Part shown: positions 36,202-49,267 of the stretch, one piece after another
How the letters are laid out: every line of letters begins with the position of its first letter
Position numbering within the stretch: position 1 is the stretch's first letter
Source: Amoebophrya sp. A120
Lineage: Eukaryota; Protista; Dinoflagellata
Length of the DNA stretch: 64,000 nt
Assembly: GCA_905178155.1 (NCBI GenBank)
Contig: CAJINV010000009.1
Coordinates: 2,333,373 to 2,397,372 of the forward strand
Reading direction: 5' to 3'
The notes under the pieces: generated by a model
What the model was told of the DNA's origin: nothing
Seen by the model: the letters and a program-made list of their open reading frames with translations, nothing else
Databases searched by the model: none
Translations under genes and position numbers: made by a program

Positions 36202-39200
36202 CTACATGAGCGAATCTCCGACCGATTGGACGGATTCGCGGCCCGACATCGCAGAGGCAAAGGACCCGTGTCTGGGAGGCAAGCTGTGCAGCTGTGAAGA
36301 GGTGAGCGGGAGCTGCTGATGCACTGGCAGCTGCGCTTGCGCTGCAACGTACTGCTGTTGCAAGTTGTACTGCACCTGCTGCTGTGATGTATGTGCTCCC
36401 ACAGTCTGCTGTGTAGTACTACCAGATAAAGCAACAGCAGGAGCTCCACCTGCAGTCACTATACCGCGTGGCGACAAGTACTTGACCCTCTGGTTTTGGT
36501 AGGGATTCATTGTCGCAGGAACTACATTATTTGTTGTCACACCTTGCTGCTCCGGCTGCTGGTGTTGGGTCGGAGGAGCTAGCGGTGCTGGTGCGTAGTT
36601 GTGCGTCGGTGTCACGAGCAATGATGGCGAGGTGATGGTCTGCGGCGTGTTCTGTTGGGAGGACCACTGGCTCCCCGGTCCGCCGTTCGCAGGCGGCACT
36701 TCGATCTGCAAATTTGCATGATTGGTGTAGTTGCCGCCAACTTTGTTTCCCGTCAGGCTTGTCGTTTTTTGTATTTGCTGCACCAAAGAACCTCTTTCTA
36801 CGGCACGCGCAGACGGCTCGCTGTCGCCGCGGTTCGTGGCTGCATTCGCAACATTCATCCCTCCACCTGCAACAGTTTGCTGCTGCTGTTGCTGTTGCAG
36901 GTGCTGTGCTACCGCAGCTGCATTCACCGCTGTGACCCGTGCTGGCATGCTGGGTGAGAAACTTGCTGTCGGTGGGAGATTCAGTTTCGGAACGACGCTT
37001 CGATACTGGGATACGGGAGAAAAATTTCGCGTCGCGAGTACCGGAGGCTGCAGGTGGTTTGCCGTCGGCGACGGAAGCTGCTGCAGCTGCGCCGAGTGCG
37101 CCCCGGGGGGCACCATCAGAACCGAGGTGCTCGCCGCCGAGTTTTGCGATCGCTGACTCGCACCGCCCGGGTAGGTGACGCGAGCCTGCTGCGTATTCGC
37201 TCCTGCATAACTGGGCACCGCTGTTGGCGGAAGCTGGGAACTTGAAGACGCCGCACCTCCGCTGCCCGTAGCTGCAGCACCCGCCGCCGGTTTGTTGTTA
37301 GCAAACATCCCTATCCTGGGGCTTTGGAACGTCGATGTGAGCGGGCTTCTGGTCGTCAGCGAACTCGGCTGCTGGCCGCGCGGACTCGCTTTCAGCGATG
37401 GTGCCTGGTTATTCCAGAGGACGCGCGGACCGCTGGCGGCGGTGCCTGCGCCCAATGCTCCGGTGTTGGAGCCGTTATGCACATATGAGGAAGAGGAGGG
37501 TTTCAGATTTTGCGCTTCACCTCCGATTTGGTTGTACGGCACGCTCGACGCCCCGTGCTGTGGAAACAAGTAAGACGTCGAGTTTGCAAAGTTCTGAAAA
37601 ATGAACTCCGAATGCGGGGACCGCGCCGCAGACATGCTGGTAGTACTGCCCAGACGCGTTTCCACCGGCGGTTCGTTCCGCTGTACGTCATGATCAGTGC
37701 GCATTTGCTGCCCCGCCGGTGTGCCAACTCCGGGGGTGGTTGTTCGGCCGGTCGCCGTCTTGGCTCCATGGTTTGCTGCAGGGAGCTGTCCCGGACGTGC
37801 AGTGGATTCCGGCGCTCCGGTTGGACTGCGCCCGGTCGGCGGAGCAGCGAGCAAAGCCGTCGCACTTCCTGCGGATCCCCGACGGGGCTGCGGTGGTGGA
37901 CCGGGGTCACCAACTTGATGACCGCTGTGCCCGGTGCTGGCGCTGGTCGTGCTTCCCTTGCTGTCTTTCATCGTGGTCCCATTTTGCTGCTGTAACTGGT
38001 GCAGCTGCTGTTGCTGCAACTGCTTCTGGGTGAACCGAGTCACCATTTCCTGTGTGGGCAGCTGGATCTTCGGACGCACAATAGACGCCGAGTTGTTCAG
38101 ACTATCCGGGTTGCTGCGGACATACGCACCCACGTTTGGTGGTGCCGGACCCCCACCGGCGGCGGCGGCCGCGATGTTGAAACCGTGAGCACCTGATGCT
38201 CCATAGGGATCTATTCCAGCTCCCCCTTGCTGCGCGGCCATCACTGCTCCCGCTGCGGCGGCAAGCATCTGGCTGTTTCGCGTGTGTTTGTTCGGGGAGC
38301 GGGTGCGCCAGAAATCCTCCTCAAGGGAAGTTTTCAACCGGGTGCACAAGGCGCGAACCCCGACGAAGTTGTTTTTTTCCTTTTCGGACAGAAACGACTC
38401 CAGACAGAGCATTAACTGTTGCCGCAACGCAATCTCGTGCTCGGAAAACTCCAGGTGCGCTGGTAACTGACTGGTCTGCTCGTTTTCCGTGGCTGAGAAG
38501 TTGATTTGATCTTCAGCCGGTTCGGATTCGTGATATGTTTTAGATTCTTCTCCTTGGGCCGCAAGATCTTCCCGCTCCACCGGTGTTGCTGGCTTTAGGG
38601 TGGACGGCGTGGCGCCACTGCGATCATTTTCTGCAGGAGCACCTGGTGTAATTTTTCGAAAATCAATCATGCGCGTATCTACAATAGGAAGAAAGACAAA
38701 GAGAAACATTGAAGCAAAATCAGAAGTTCACAACTTCTTGCTGCAAGAACCAAAGTGAATACAAAAAAATCAAATTCTGCCGCCGTCTTTGTGTAGAGTC
38801 GAAGAAAGCAAGGAAATAGAAATCAGCGGGCATCAGCAACTGAGTACCCGCATCCTCTCTCTGCGAGCGCTTTCTTCTTGGCACTTCTCCTCGGACGAAA
38901 TACCAGGGATCACCGCCGCAGGCGTCAAAGGCTTCCTCTATCGTGAAGCCAGCCTCAACGGACTTCGCGATAGCATGCATTTTCGTGACGCGCTTGATCA
39001 ACTGATCGAGCGTCAGAAATGCAATCGCCCCATATTTCATCTCGCTAGCCTGCAGGTCCGCCTCGCTCCGCCGCCGCTTCCTTCGGTAAACTCCGATGGA
39101 CACCTCGAACATGCGGCCAAATTTCTGCTTTGTCGCAACATCCACCAGGTTCGCTGGGTGGTGGTCATTTGGGTCCATCTTCCGACTCTGGTTGCCTCCT

Positions 39201-42200
39201 GCTGCGCTTGCCGTACCAGTGGCCATTGCAGATTCGTGCTGGGCCATGTCCCGGTCGAAGTTGAAGGTCACAGTCCCGGGTTTGCTACCCTGCTGCGTCA
39301 TCCCTGTATGTAAGGTATTGCATGTTGCCGCCGCTTGCTCGTGAGAGGCCGCCCGACTAGACGTCGCGGACGCCGAGCACGATGTAGACGAGGTGCCGCC
39401 CGAGTTGTACTGTTCTTGGTGCAACGACCCGGCCGCATTTTGGTTTTCCTGTTCGCACGCAAAGTAGTCAATGCATACGCGCGTCTCGAAACACAGATAC
39501 GTGTCGCGGCGTTGTCGGTCCGTATCGTTGTAGTGCGCATCGGTAATGCGATTTGCTTCCTGTACATACTGCTCGACGTGCCGTAAGTGGGTCCCGACGA
39601 CTTCTTTGAACCTCTCTGAAAAAAGCACTTCCGCGCCAGGCGGATGGTGAGGCACGTATGGCTGCGCTGCGGTTGCGGCTGTTGTACCTCCGACGCCGGT
39701 TGCCGTCGATGCACTGTTGCGCGAACTACTGGGGCTCCTCCGCGGGTGGAACGAAGCGGGGGCTCCTTTATTGGGATGCTGTTGAACTTGTTGACCCCCG
39801 ACGGCACCTGCGCTGCCCGTATTGTGCATGCCATGGTGTGGCTCATGTTGAGGTCCGCAGTGCTCGCTTGCGGTAGGGCTGCGAACGGTGGAGTTGTTGC
39901 TTCCGCGGCCGCCACCGCGGTGACGGGAGCTCGAGCGTTTCCGTGCGTGCAAACCGCCCGCGCCTCCGGAGAGCCGGGGGCTCCCGTGCGGAGACACGCG
40001 TGCGTTTCGGATTTTCTCTAAGGTGAACTTGTAGAAGCTCACGAGGTCTTCTTTCTTTTCCATATCCATTATCAGCTGCTCGCCTTTGGTCTCCGCCGCG
40101 TTCAATCGATGCGTCAGGTCGGAAACCTATGTATAGTGTTTGCAGATCCAAATCAAAAGAACTATACCTATAGCTGCACTCAGCTGCTGCCCCTCAAGGA
40201 ACATTCAGTGAAGAGGTAGAGCAGGCATGTTTGTTCCCTTGCCGATTCCAGCAACGGAATTTCTAGGTCGTGCTCTGGACCCCAAAACTGCAAGATAACT
40301 GGACAAATGCGGCTTTGTCGTAACCTTCTGAAAAAGTATACAGGGGCGAAATATGCGCAGTCGGAAAGGCTTCCGAAAACGCAAAAAACCGCCGACATAA
40401 GTGGTTTAAATACCTCCTCCTTCAGGTACTGCACGAGATCGAACTGGGTTTGGTTCGCATTGATTTGCGGCTTCGTCGTAACTTTCCGCACGTCGCTGCA
40501 AAACCGAAGAGTCGCCAAAGTGTCGTCCATCAGCGAATTTTCGTGAGAAATCGTCCCCATCAGTACCGTCTTTGAGTTCCCGGTTAGCGCATCTGTGCAA
40601 AGGGTTCACGTGGAAGCAAAAGGTCGTTTCAACTTCGTGATAAACAACGTAAGGAACTATCAGTGTCGATTCCAAAAAGAAATTTTGCTTTAATGTTAAC
40701 AAGAATGAGGATCTACCCATCAACATGATCTGAGTACTATATGTTCAAAAGTTAGTACCTGCTAGCAGCATGGTAAGTCGAGAGTTTCGAAACTCAACCA
40801 ACTGCGTTTTTTTCGGAACGCCTTCAATTTGCAAAACCTGGTCGCGCGGAGTGATGCTTGAATAGCTTCCGCGCTCGGAGCCTGGGTTGCTGTCTTTCGC
40901 CGAATCCAAAGCGGACTGCACGACTCTGGAGTTGCGCTTGCTCGCCTTCGTGTCCTCCTCCAGCAGCCGCGAAATGCAGAGACTCAGATGGAAAAGTGAT
41001 TTGTTGATGAATTGGGTCTCGCTCCTGCGCAGTTCGTTCTGGTGTTCCGCGATGATTTTCTTTTCTTGCTCCCTGCCAGCCAAATCGACCAGCGTCAAGC
41101 GGTTGCCGCTCGTCGTTCGCAAGATGCCCCGTTCGTTGGCCGTCGTCCCCTCGGGGGGCGGCACGTCCTTGGGCACTAAGCGCAGCTCAATGATAGCGTG
41201 CGACCGAGAGCTCTGTCGGTTCATGCGCGTGGCCGCCGAGCTGCGGCGTCGGTTCCCGACTTGAATGCACTTGAGCGCTTGCGCCACATTCTGAATGACG
41301 CACTCGGAAATGTTGACCACGTAAACCCCAAAACGGGGGTCGTACTTCAGTTTCGGCTCCGGTACGCCGGCATTCTTCGCCACAGGCCGCACCGGCGACG
41401 AGCTGAAGGGCGCCGGTTGCGGGTGCTGCTGCACGGGCGAGTGATGCTGCAGGTTTTGTACGAGGTTTGCCGGCACGTCGAGGTGGTTGGGGAAAGTATT
41501 TCCTGGTGGTTTCCCTCCATGCGGTCCAGTGGAGCCCGTGTCGTCAAACAAGTTCTCCGGATCAAACTCGTTCTGCTCTTCCGACTTGGGTGCCTTTCGT
41601 AGAAACACCTGCTGCCCCGCTGCAGTTAGCACGTTGTCGTAGACGGCGTGATTCGCAGCTTCCATCTGCGATGGGCTGCAGGACTGGTGCTGCTCCCCGT
41701 AGTGGAGATTGTTTCCCGGTACGCCGCACCCGAATACCAAATCTCGTATCTTCTCTAGATACACTTCGTAGTAGGCAAGCGTGAAATCAAACTTGTCGCT
41801 GTGCTGCTCCACCAACTTGCGAAGCATCCGGGGCACGATCCCCGCCGCTTCGCCCGTGATTTGCGGCGTGAGCAGCTGCGGGCTCTGGGCCGTCACCGGC
41901 GAGGGGAGCTGTCCTGTCCGCGGCGAGGGGAGGAACGAGGACGTGGTTGATTTCGAATTTCTGTTGCTGTTCGACGACACCGTTCGCCCGGCTTGCGGGC
42001 CACCTGCTGGGTAGCTCCGTGGTGGATCACCAGTCGTGACAGCACCATTCACATTCTCCCCCTCAGCGTGGAGACTTGTGGTTTTGTAGTCTCCCAGCAT
42101 GGTGTAGGTCTTGCCCGTGCCCGTGTGGCCGTAGGCGAACACGCACACATTGTAGCCCTCGACTGCGTTATCTACCAAGTCGCCGCAAAATTGCTGGTAC

Positions 42201-42718
42201 ACGACACTCTGCCCACAGCGCCCAGGTACGCGACTGTCGAAAACTTGGTCGACCGCAAAAGTCTTCTCGTCTCGCCGGCCTCGGCTGCTCGAAGACCCGC
42301 CTGCCGTGCCGGTCGTGCTACTCCTCGACGGGTGGGGATGAACCCCTATCGCGTAGTGGTCGCGGGGGGAAGCCGCGCTAGAAGCTGACTGGTGATGGTG
42401 CAAACTGTTCCCCGGTGGAACGTTGATCGCGATAGTCTTGCCGTCGGGCTTCACGACGACGCTGTCGGGGTTACCGGACTCCCCGTCGAGCAACGGGCGA
42501 ATTCGAACAGCTACCCGAATCCTGGACCCTTTGATGTTGTCCTTCTCGGACGACTGCGGTTGGTCGGTCTGCTGTTGATGTTGCGGCTGAGCAGTTCCTT
42601 GCTGCGCCACCATGGTTCCTCGGTTGGATGGCGGCAAGGAACTCCGAGCGCTGGTTGCGGCAGTACTCGACTGCGCCCCCGCACCGCTGCCGGTTGCGCC
42701 TCCTGATGCTCCCGCCAT
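36202..42718 (-). CDS. N-terminal-motor kinesin with a long Q/S/P-rich tail, multi-exon
   Basis: IRVAVRIRP, FAVDQVFD, P-loop GYNVCVFAYGHTGTGKTYTM, switch I NRQSSRSH, switch II LVDLAGRE and FRNSRLTMLLA-DALTGNSKTVLM..TLATLRF across GT-AG intron 40758-40593. Tail exons at about 40127-38870 and 38680-36202 are inferred. Confidence 0.88.
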
Positions 42719-43305
42719 TGTCTAAATCTGATACTTTTCAATTGTCTTTGCGATGGAACTTGGCGACGCATTCGTCGCTGCAACACTATTAGGGCGGACT
42801 GTTGTCCTCGTGGGTAATGTTCGTCCAAGCGCTCTCACCGAGCCACGCTTGGCGTCATGCATTTGCATACGCGCTTCCGCTTCACTCGATAAAGTAAAGT
42901 ACACCCTCTCAGTAATTAAATTTTCGCTCCAGCAACTTTCATCATCTTCACTTTTGATGAAATTTCGGATGAAAGTATAGGTAGCAACAGCGTCATGTTG
43001 GCATTTTTTCCTCCCTACTTGTACTTGCCCACTACTACGGTGTACACACTTTGTCGTGCCAGCTGGAAGGCCAACGTGCAAAACAACATCAAGTAGAATG
43101 CTACATGCACTTCAAGAATCTGGGGAGGTTGCACAGGCTTTAGAACTCCGCAACGCACACCGGTGTGCTCGTGCGTTCAGCTTCAGGCAGAAAGTGTCTC
43201 CTGATTTACAAACGCCAATGATTGCGAGTGTCCTGTCCTCGTATATAGTACATCTTCATCTTCGCCGTCATCTATGGGTCGATGTCTTCCACGACATGAT
43301 GCACT

Positions 43306-43628
43306 TATCAAAGTGAAAAATCCCCCCTCCCCACATCGAAAAGGTATGTTTCTGAAAATTTGTGTTGCTGATTTGAGGTCACAAATCACGTCTGTCTTGC
43401 AAGAAGACAGGCGCAGAGGCTTCCGCACCATTATGGACGCGATTTGGCATGCTGTTGCGCCTAGGGGGCACCCGTTTGCAATGCTAAGCAACTAGACCTA
43501 TACGCCCCTACCTAGGCCGAGGATCTGGCTGCGATGCCTTACTGCAAGACAAATCCGATTTGTGTACCCAAATCCTGCATCACAGATTTCCATTTCGATA
43601 TGGGGAAGGGGGATTTTTCCTTTTGATA
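43306..43628. mobile_element. Introner/MITE family C, 323 bp, in non-coding sequence (probable UTR)
   Basis: tatcaaagtgaaaaatcccccctccccacatcg ... cgatatggggaagggggatttttccttttgata. TSD GCACT at 43301-43305 and 43629-43633. Interior is clearly similar to 25486-25807. Confidence 0.92.
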
Positions 43629-43698
43629 GCACTTGCACTACACTTTCCGGCTCTCCAGGCAACGCCTTTACGTATTTTGTCAAACTGCCTCTCTAGCT

Positions 43699-44253
43699 CT
43701 AATACCGTTTGAGATACCAGACCCCGAGCACCGCGATTAATGAACCCTGCGTACACATAATGTTCCAACCTTGACAGGCGTCCGCAGATTCGTTGTAACG
43801 ACGCGGCATGGTGTTGAAACCCAGAAAGTGCATCGGCAAAAACGTCATGTTGGCTCCTACACCGAAAACGACGACCTGAGGTTAGTTTTAGTTTTTTTGG
43901 CTCGCGTTCGTGTCTCTTCTGCTTCCGTGATCCGCGCAAACACTCACTAGAACAAATTGTATCTCAAATTTCCATCATGTTTTTACCCAGTAGATGTAGA
44001 TTTTGGAGGAGAGCAGGTTGTACATCGGTTGCGAGAAGTATGCATGTTGCTGATAGCCACCCTGGTTCGCGCCGGGAGCTTCATAGTTGGTGAAGAGAAA
44101 CCGTCTAGGCCCGGAAGAGCGCAAGATTGCTCCTCGGGTTGCGGCGGAGGTAGCCGTTGCAGTGCTTTTGCCTCTAAAATTCTGGAAGAAGCTCGCCCCG
44201 AGCAGCCCCTTGGGAGCAGTTTTCTCCGCCAGCCGGCGGGCAAACTGCAGCAT
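43699..44253 (-). CDS. cox1: Nuclear-encoded C-terminal fragment of cytochrome c oxidase subunit 1 (last two TM helices) with a mitochondrial-targeting-like presequence, 147 aa
   Basis: Exons 44253-43987 and 43875-43699; intron GTAAAA...CTAACCTCAG. Exon 2 reads VVVFGVGANMTFLPMHFLGFNTMPRRYNESADACQGWNIMCTQGS, matching the COX1 consensus GVNxTFFPxHFLGxxGMPRRYxDYPDAYxxWN. The N-terminus is R/K/S/A-rich and almost free of acidic residues. Exon 2 is absent from the supplied ORF track. Confidence 0.9.
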
Positions 44254-44910
44254 TTGTAGTTCCTCTCTTTCGTTTCGAAAAGTCTACAGTTGTCTCATAC
44301 GAAGAAGTAGCGGGCCAACAAGGACCCGGATTTTGATTTAAGTCCCCAAACAACTGGAGGCGTGGGAGAATCATGAAGCATTGATGTTGTACGAAGAAGG
44401 TGGTTGTAGGAATGTGTACTAGTGTGCAACGGAGCACTACCACATCAAGGGCAGTCCGTGTCCACGGCTGTACAAACAGCTTGATGATAACGCGTCACTC
44501 AGTACAACCTAGGCACCGCACGGTAAGAGCAAGAGGGAAAACGGAAAATTATAAAATAATAATGAGCGGCAGCATCACTCTATCTCTCATCGTCAATTCT
44601 GCTCGCTATTCCTGCGGGTTTCAGGCTGATGCAAGTTTTCTAGCATCTCTCGACTTGTGCTTGTCCGAAGCCGAACTCGTGAGGCTGAGATCGGAAAATA
44701 CACACCGTGCTAGTTTCATGGTAATGTATGTGCAACACACGACTTCGAGGATACGCACACGCAGCACGACACTGCTAACGCTAACCTAACCATCTTGCAC
44801 TGATTTCGCTTCTGTCGTTGTTGTTGTACTTATCTATGCTTTTGATTACACTTTTTTTGTGTCGCTCGTGTTGGCAGCTCACACCCGCCATCCCCGATCA
44901 CCAGTATCCG

Positions 44911-45279
44911 TCATTTATTTTCTCCAGCGTCAGTCGCGCATTGGTCGATGAACTCTGCGAGGGCAAAGTCTTTTTCTGATATGCCACCGCAGTCGTGGGT
45001 TGAGAGTTCAATATGCACCTGATTGTAGACGTTAAACCACTCCGGGTGATGCTGCACCTTCTCCGCCCGCAGCGCTACCTTCGACATAAAGCTCCACGCG
45101 GTTTCGAAGTCGGTGAACTGCAGCTCTCTTCGTAGACGGTCGGGTCGTTTGGTCGTGGCCTCGTCGAGAAATCGCCAATCTTTGTGGAGCAGAGATGACC
45201 CACTTAGCGCTGTCGTCACATCCTCTTTGGATATTCGAGCGGGGGGTGCCATGCGCCGAAGGGACCGGCGGAAAAACAT
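44911..45279 (-). CDS. Pterin-4-alpha-carbinolamine dehydratase (PCD/PhhB family), possibly mitochondrial
   Basis: [54 protein letters not shown] is the family signature; short basic leader MFFRRSLRR. Confidence 0.93.
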   Translation of the reverse strand: MFFRRSLRRMAPPARISKEDVTTALSGSSLLHKDWRFLDEATTKRPDRLRRELQFTDFETAWSFMSKVALRAEKVQHHPEWFNVYNQVHIELSTHDCGGISEKDFALAEFIDQCATDAGENK

Positions 45280-45909
45280 CTTCACTGTAGTACTGGACTA
45301 CTTGTTTGATGGTTTTGATTTTTGCTATAGGCGTCGCTCTACTTTGATATGCCACCGTGCTTTTTTGGTCCACCTCCACGACAGGCTGGCTCTCAGAAAA
45401 CAAGCAGCGCAAAGATGTTTACTTTAGGTGGCGACTGGCGTTGCCTCTTACTCAATCCCTCGATAGACAGACGCGGGCTCACATCTTTTCGCGAACTGGC
45501 ACCGTTTGGAAAAGCGACGAAACTCGGGTACTTACTAGTAACCGCGGTTCGCGTTGGTAAACGTGCCATACCGGTGCAAGAACAAGCAAAGATGAAAGTC
45601 ATCTCACATAAGCACTAAGAGGCTCGCGAGACCACTTTTTGATCTTGATAGTTTTATTTCAGCGAATAAATGATCTGCAAAAATACGTCGAAACAGAATT
45701 CTGTCCTTCTTGCTGAGTTTCTATCGGGCCCGTGTGCTGAATAATGAAGGTTCATTTCAAACAAAAAGCTCAGAAAACGCATTTCCCTCTGTATCATCTT
45801 CTTTGACTGTCTTTATTACAAGGGGAAGAGTCGTGAGGTGTTAGTTTGTTCTTGGAAAATCCAAATTCTTCCGATCATTGTAAGTAGTTGCAGTTCTGCA
45901 AAAACGCTG

Positions 45910-46713
45910 TCAGAGAAACGGACTTTGTGTGTTAGTCTGTGTTTTGCGGTCGTTCCGTACTTCGTCCTTGCGCGGTTCAAAGCTTCCTGCGCCTCCCTGT
46001 GTGATGAACTTCGCTGCGCACGCGGTTGCTGCAATTGTGAACTCGTTCATCCCGGCTGCTTGCGGTCCACCGCTCGCGCCTGCCGTTGCAGCTCCGCTAC
46101 CGCCACCAAAAAAGCTGCCGAATATTCCACCTCCACCAGCTCCACCTGCTGGCGCTCCACCGCCCGCTGGAGCAGCACCCGTTTCTTTTCCTGCGTTGCC
46201 AACGTGCACCCCGCCACCGAAGTTTAGAAGTTTCAGCAACCAATTACCTGGTAGGTAATGCAGCGAATGCAAAAGAGAGCAAAGAATAACCAGTGGTATA
46301 TCAGATTCAAAGCAGAACGTGCCCGTTTCTCGAACTGATAGATACTTAAACCTAACCTTGTTTCGGTGTAGGTGTTCAAACAAAGAAATAAAACATAGAC
46401 TTTTGATACTATCCATCGTGTCTTTAATCATCTTTGCAGCTGCTTCTGCCCGGCGCGCGGCTTCACAGCAGGCCGGTGGCTGCACAGCGCAACCCCCTGC
46501 GCCACCTCCATCCAAAGCCGCCTGGGAACCGACGCCTGGACACGCAGCTTTGGGAAGGGTAGCACCACGTCGGTAGCTGCACTGGGCGAAGGAAGTAGTG
46601 GGGAAACACGGCGTCTTTTGCGCGTGGAGCTTGAAAATCGACGGGCTGGTGCTGCTGGAGGAAAGCTCGTTCGTGAGCACGAAGTCAGGGTGCAGATGGA
46701 TAGAAAATCCCAT
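45910..46713 (-). CDS. Hypothetical G/A-rich protein; exon structure unresolved
   Basis: Open frame with a Cys-containing part and a Gly/Ala-rich part, separated by an intron-like AT-rich stretch at about 46250-46395. Confidence 0.3.
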   Translation of the reverse strand: MGFSIHLHPDFVLTNELSSSSTSPSIFKLHAQKTPCFPTTSFAQCSYRRGATLPKAACPGVGSQAALDGGGAGGCAVQPPACCEAARRAEAAAKMIKDTMDSIKSLCFISLFEHLHRNKVRFKYLSVRETGTFCFESDIPLVILCSLLHSLHYLPGNWLLKLLNFGGGVHVGNAGKETGAAPAGGGAPAGGAGGGGIFGSFFGGGSGAATAGASGGPQAAGMNEFTIAATACAAKFITQGGAGSFEPRKDEVRNDRKTQTNTQSPFL

Positions 46714-48049
46714 CTTGAGACAAGTACAACAGCGAGTAACAAGAACAACTGGAATTCGCGGCGCACTATGATTTTTATCCTCGAGATGGTCGTGGTTCTG
46801 TGATTACACGAGAAGTCGGATGAAGCTTTAGCTTTGGGATCAAAATTACGCCGTAGGTTTGCCAAGCGACTGCTCACTCTACAGATACAGATACAGAAAT
46901 TTCTTTCGCAGGGTGTGGTGGTCGGCGGTGGCCTCTTATCATGTGGCTCGATAGAACGGGGCAGGGAACGACGCAACGCTTTGCACCACGGGCACACGAA
47001 TCTGGGCAATCTTTGTTTGTCCAATCTCTAGAAATTTCTTTGTTTGTCCTACCTGCAACGAATTCTCGAGCCTATCCCCTCGACCACACAACACAAGCAT
47101 CACGACCACGACGTCTAAGTATGCGCTCGGTCGATGACGCTGAATGCAGATGAAACAGAGGAAGAAAAAACTCATGTAAAACCGTTTTCACACGAGGAGT
47201 CGCTTTCTCTCCTTCTTTGTCCACGAAAACGAAATCAGGTAGTTAGCTCTCTATTCGCGGTTCTTTCGACAATATATGCCTCCGTGTCCTAATTGCCCAT
47301 GAATTCATTGAAGAGCTTGTAGTAACTAACTGTCAGCACTGTGTGCTTTTCTGTTTTATTTTTCTTTTTTCTTGCGCATTTGCCATCTATGTTCATGTCC
47401 ATGAAAAATACACGGTAGCTTTGTTCAGTCAATGTCACTTGGTGACCAATAAATTCGTGACAAATCCTTCAAAATTTGACTGCTGGCCTCCTATTCCCAG
47501 TGTACATTCAGTCGTAAAAAGTAGCGTAGGGCAGATTCATTTTTTCAAAAACAATGCAAGAAACGACTTTGGAGGCCGCGACGGTCATTGTTGTTGATTC
47601 TGTAAATTCTTTGAATTTTTATCTGAAACTACTTAGCGAACCTGTGCAAGAAGAGTGAAAAAACTGATTCCCGAAACTTGGAACTGCTATCGCCATTGAG
47701 TCTAGTATTTGGTTTGAGTAAAAAGCTGTTCTTTTTCTGACTATAATTGGTTCAGTAATTTCCGTTGTTTGTTGAAGTTGTAACGAGTAAATTGACTTGT
47801 TCTTGTTGCAAAGTGTAGTATAGAAAGTAAAGTAGTTGTAAATCATAATTGCACAAAGCGTTGTGACTTTTTCAGTTTTAAATATTGGTAGTGATTTGGA
47901 CCAACTTTTTATCGGCCAAGAAAATCGAAAAAAAATCCGGTGGCGCGGCGAAACTGTAGAGGCCAGAGCCAACCAACCTAAGGGGGGCGATTCCCGATTC
48001 CCGAATTTTGCATTGCTCAAAATCGATTGTGCATTCCCGCAGACGCGGA

Positions 48050-48690
48050 TTGCACAAAATCGATTTTGCATGATTGCACGAAACCGAATCCCGCAAAATC
48101 GATTTTGCATTGCACAAAATCGATTTTGCATTGCACAAAATCGATTTTGCGTTGCACAAAACCGAAGCCCGATTTTGCATTGCACAAAATCGATTTTGCA
48201 TTGCACAAAACCGAATGCCGCAAAATCGATCTTGCATTGCACAAAATCGATTTTGCATTGCACAAAACCGAATGCCGCAAAATCGATCTTGCATTGCACA
48301 AAATCGATTTTGCATTGGACAAGATCGATTTTGCATTGCACAAAACCTAGTCCCGATTTTGCATTGCACAAAATAGATTTTGCATTCCCTCAGACGCGGA
48401 TTGCACAAAATCGATTTTGCATATGCACAAAACCGAATCCCGCAAAATCGATTTAGCATTGCACAAAATCGATTTTGCATTGCACAAAATCGATTTTGCA
48501 TTGCACAAAACCACATCACGGCTTTGCATTGCACAAAACCGAATCCCGCAAAATCGACTTTGCATTCCACAAAATCGATTTTGCATCGCACAGAACGCAG
48601 ATTGCACAAAATCGAATCACGGAGGCGCGGATTGCACAAAACCCCTCCTCCAGACGCGCAATCCCGCAGATTGCACAAAATCGATTTTCC
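48050..48690. repeat. 21-bp minisatellite TTGCACAAAATCGATTTTGCA
   Basis: Tandem and variant copies containing the palindrome AAAATCGATTTT; the same palindrome is dispersed across the whole 47885-50960 element. Confidence 0.92.
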
Positions 48691-49267
48691 ATTCCCCCAG
48701 AACGCAGCGCCGACCAAAAGGTCGGCTTTGTGCTGGCCACAGGTTCGCCGTTGTGGGTCGCGCAATCGCTGTCGAAGGCCACACAATCGCCCGACCACAC
48801 AAAATCGATTTCGCAGCTTCCCAGGTCCGACCGAATCGAGCGGCTGCGTGGCTCAATATCGAGGCGGCGCGCCACGCAATCCGCCGGGCCGACGGACTAG
48901 GGGGGAGAGCTTCCATCCCGCTATGCGCCTTAGCGGATCTCCCACAAAATCGATTTTGTGCGTCCGCCCTTTCTTCGCGGATGCAGTCTCCCACGCCAAT
49001 GCCTTACCAACCCCCGTCCCAGCCCGCGCCCTATGAGGTACGGGCAACGAGCCCTACCGGCCACAAAATCGATTCTGCAGCCCCTCAACCCTATGGACAA
49101 CGTCGGCACCTTGCCGGACATTCGATTTTCCGAAGAGATCTGGACTTCCGGAAAGATCTCGGGAGATCGCTGCGGTCCGGATTTTCCGACTTCCGGAAAA
49201 TAAAGCTTCCTAGAAAATAGCAGAAAATCGATGTCGTGCCTCCATTACTATTCAATAGTAGCGAGAT

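Noticed and set aside
43699-43875. cox1 piece as a non-functional NUMT
   Set aside because: It has nuclear-like GC content, a canonical intron with a CTAAC branch site, an in-frame presequence and a clean stop.
48050-48690. CRISPR-like array
   Set aside because: Units are head-to-tail with no unique spacers and there are no cas genes; it is a minisatellite within a TIR element.
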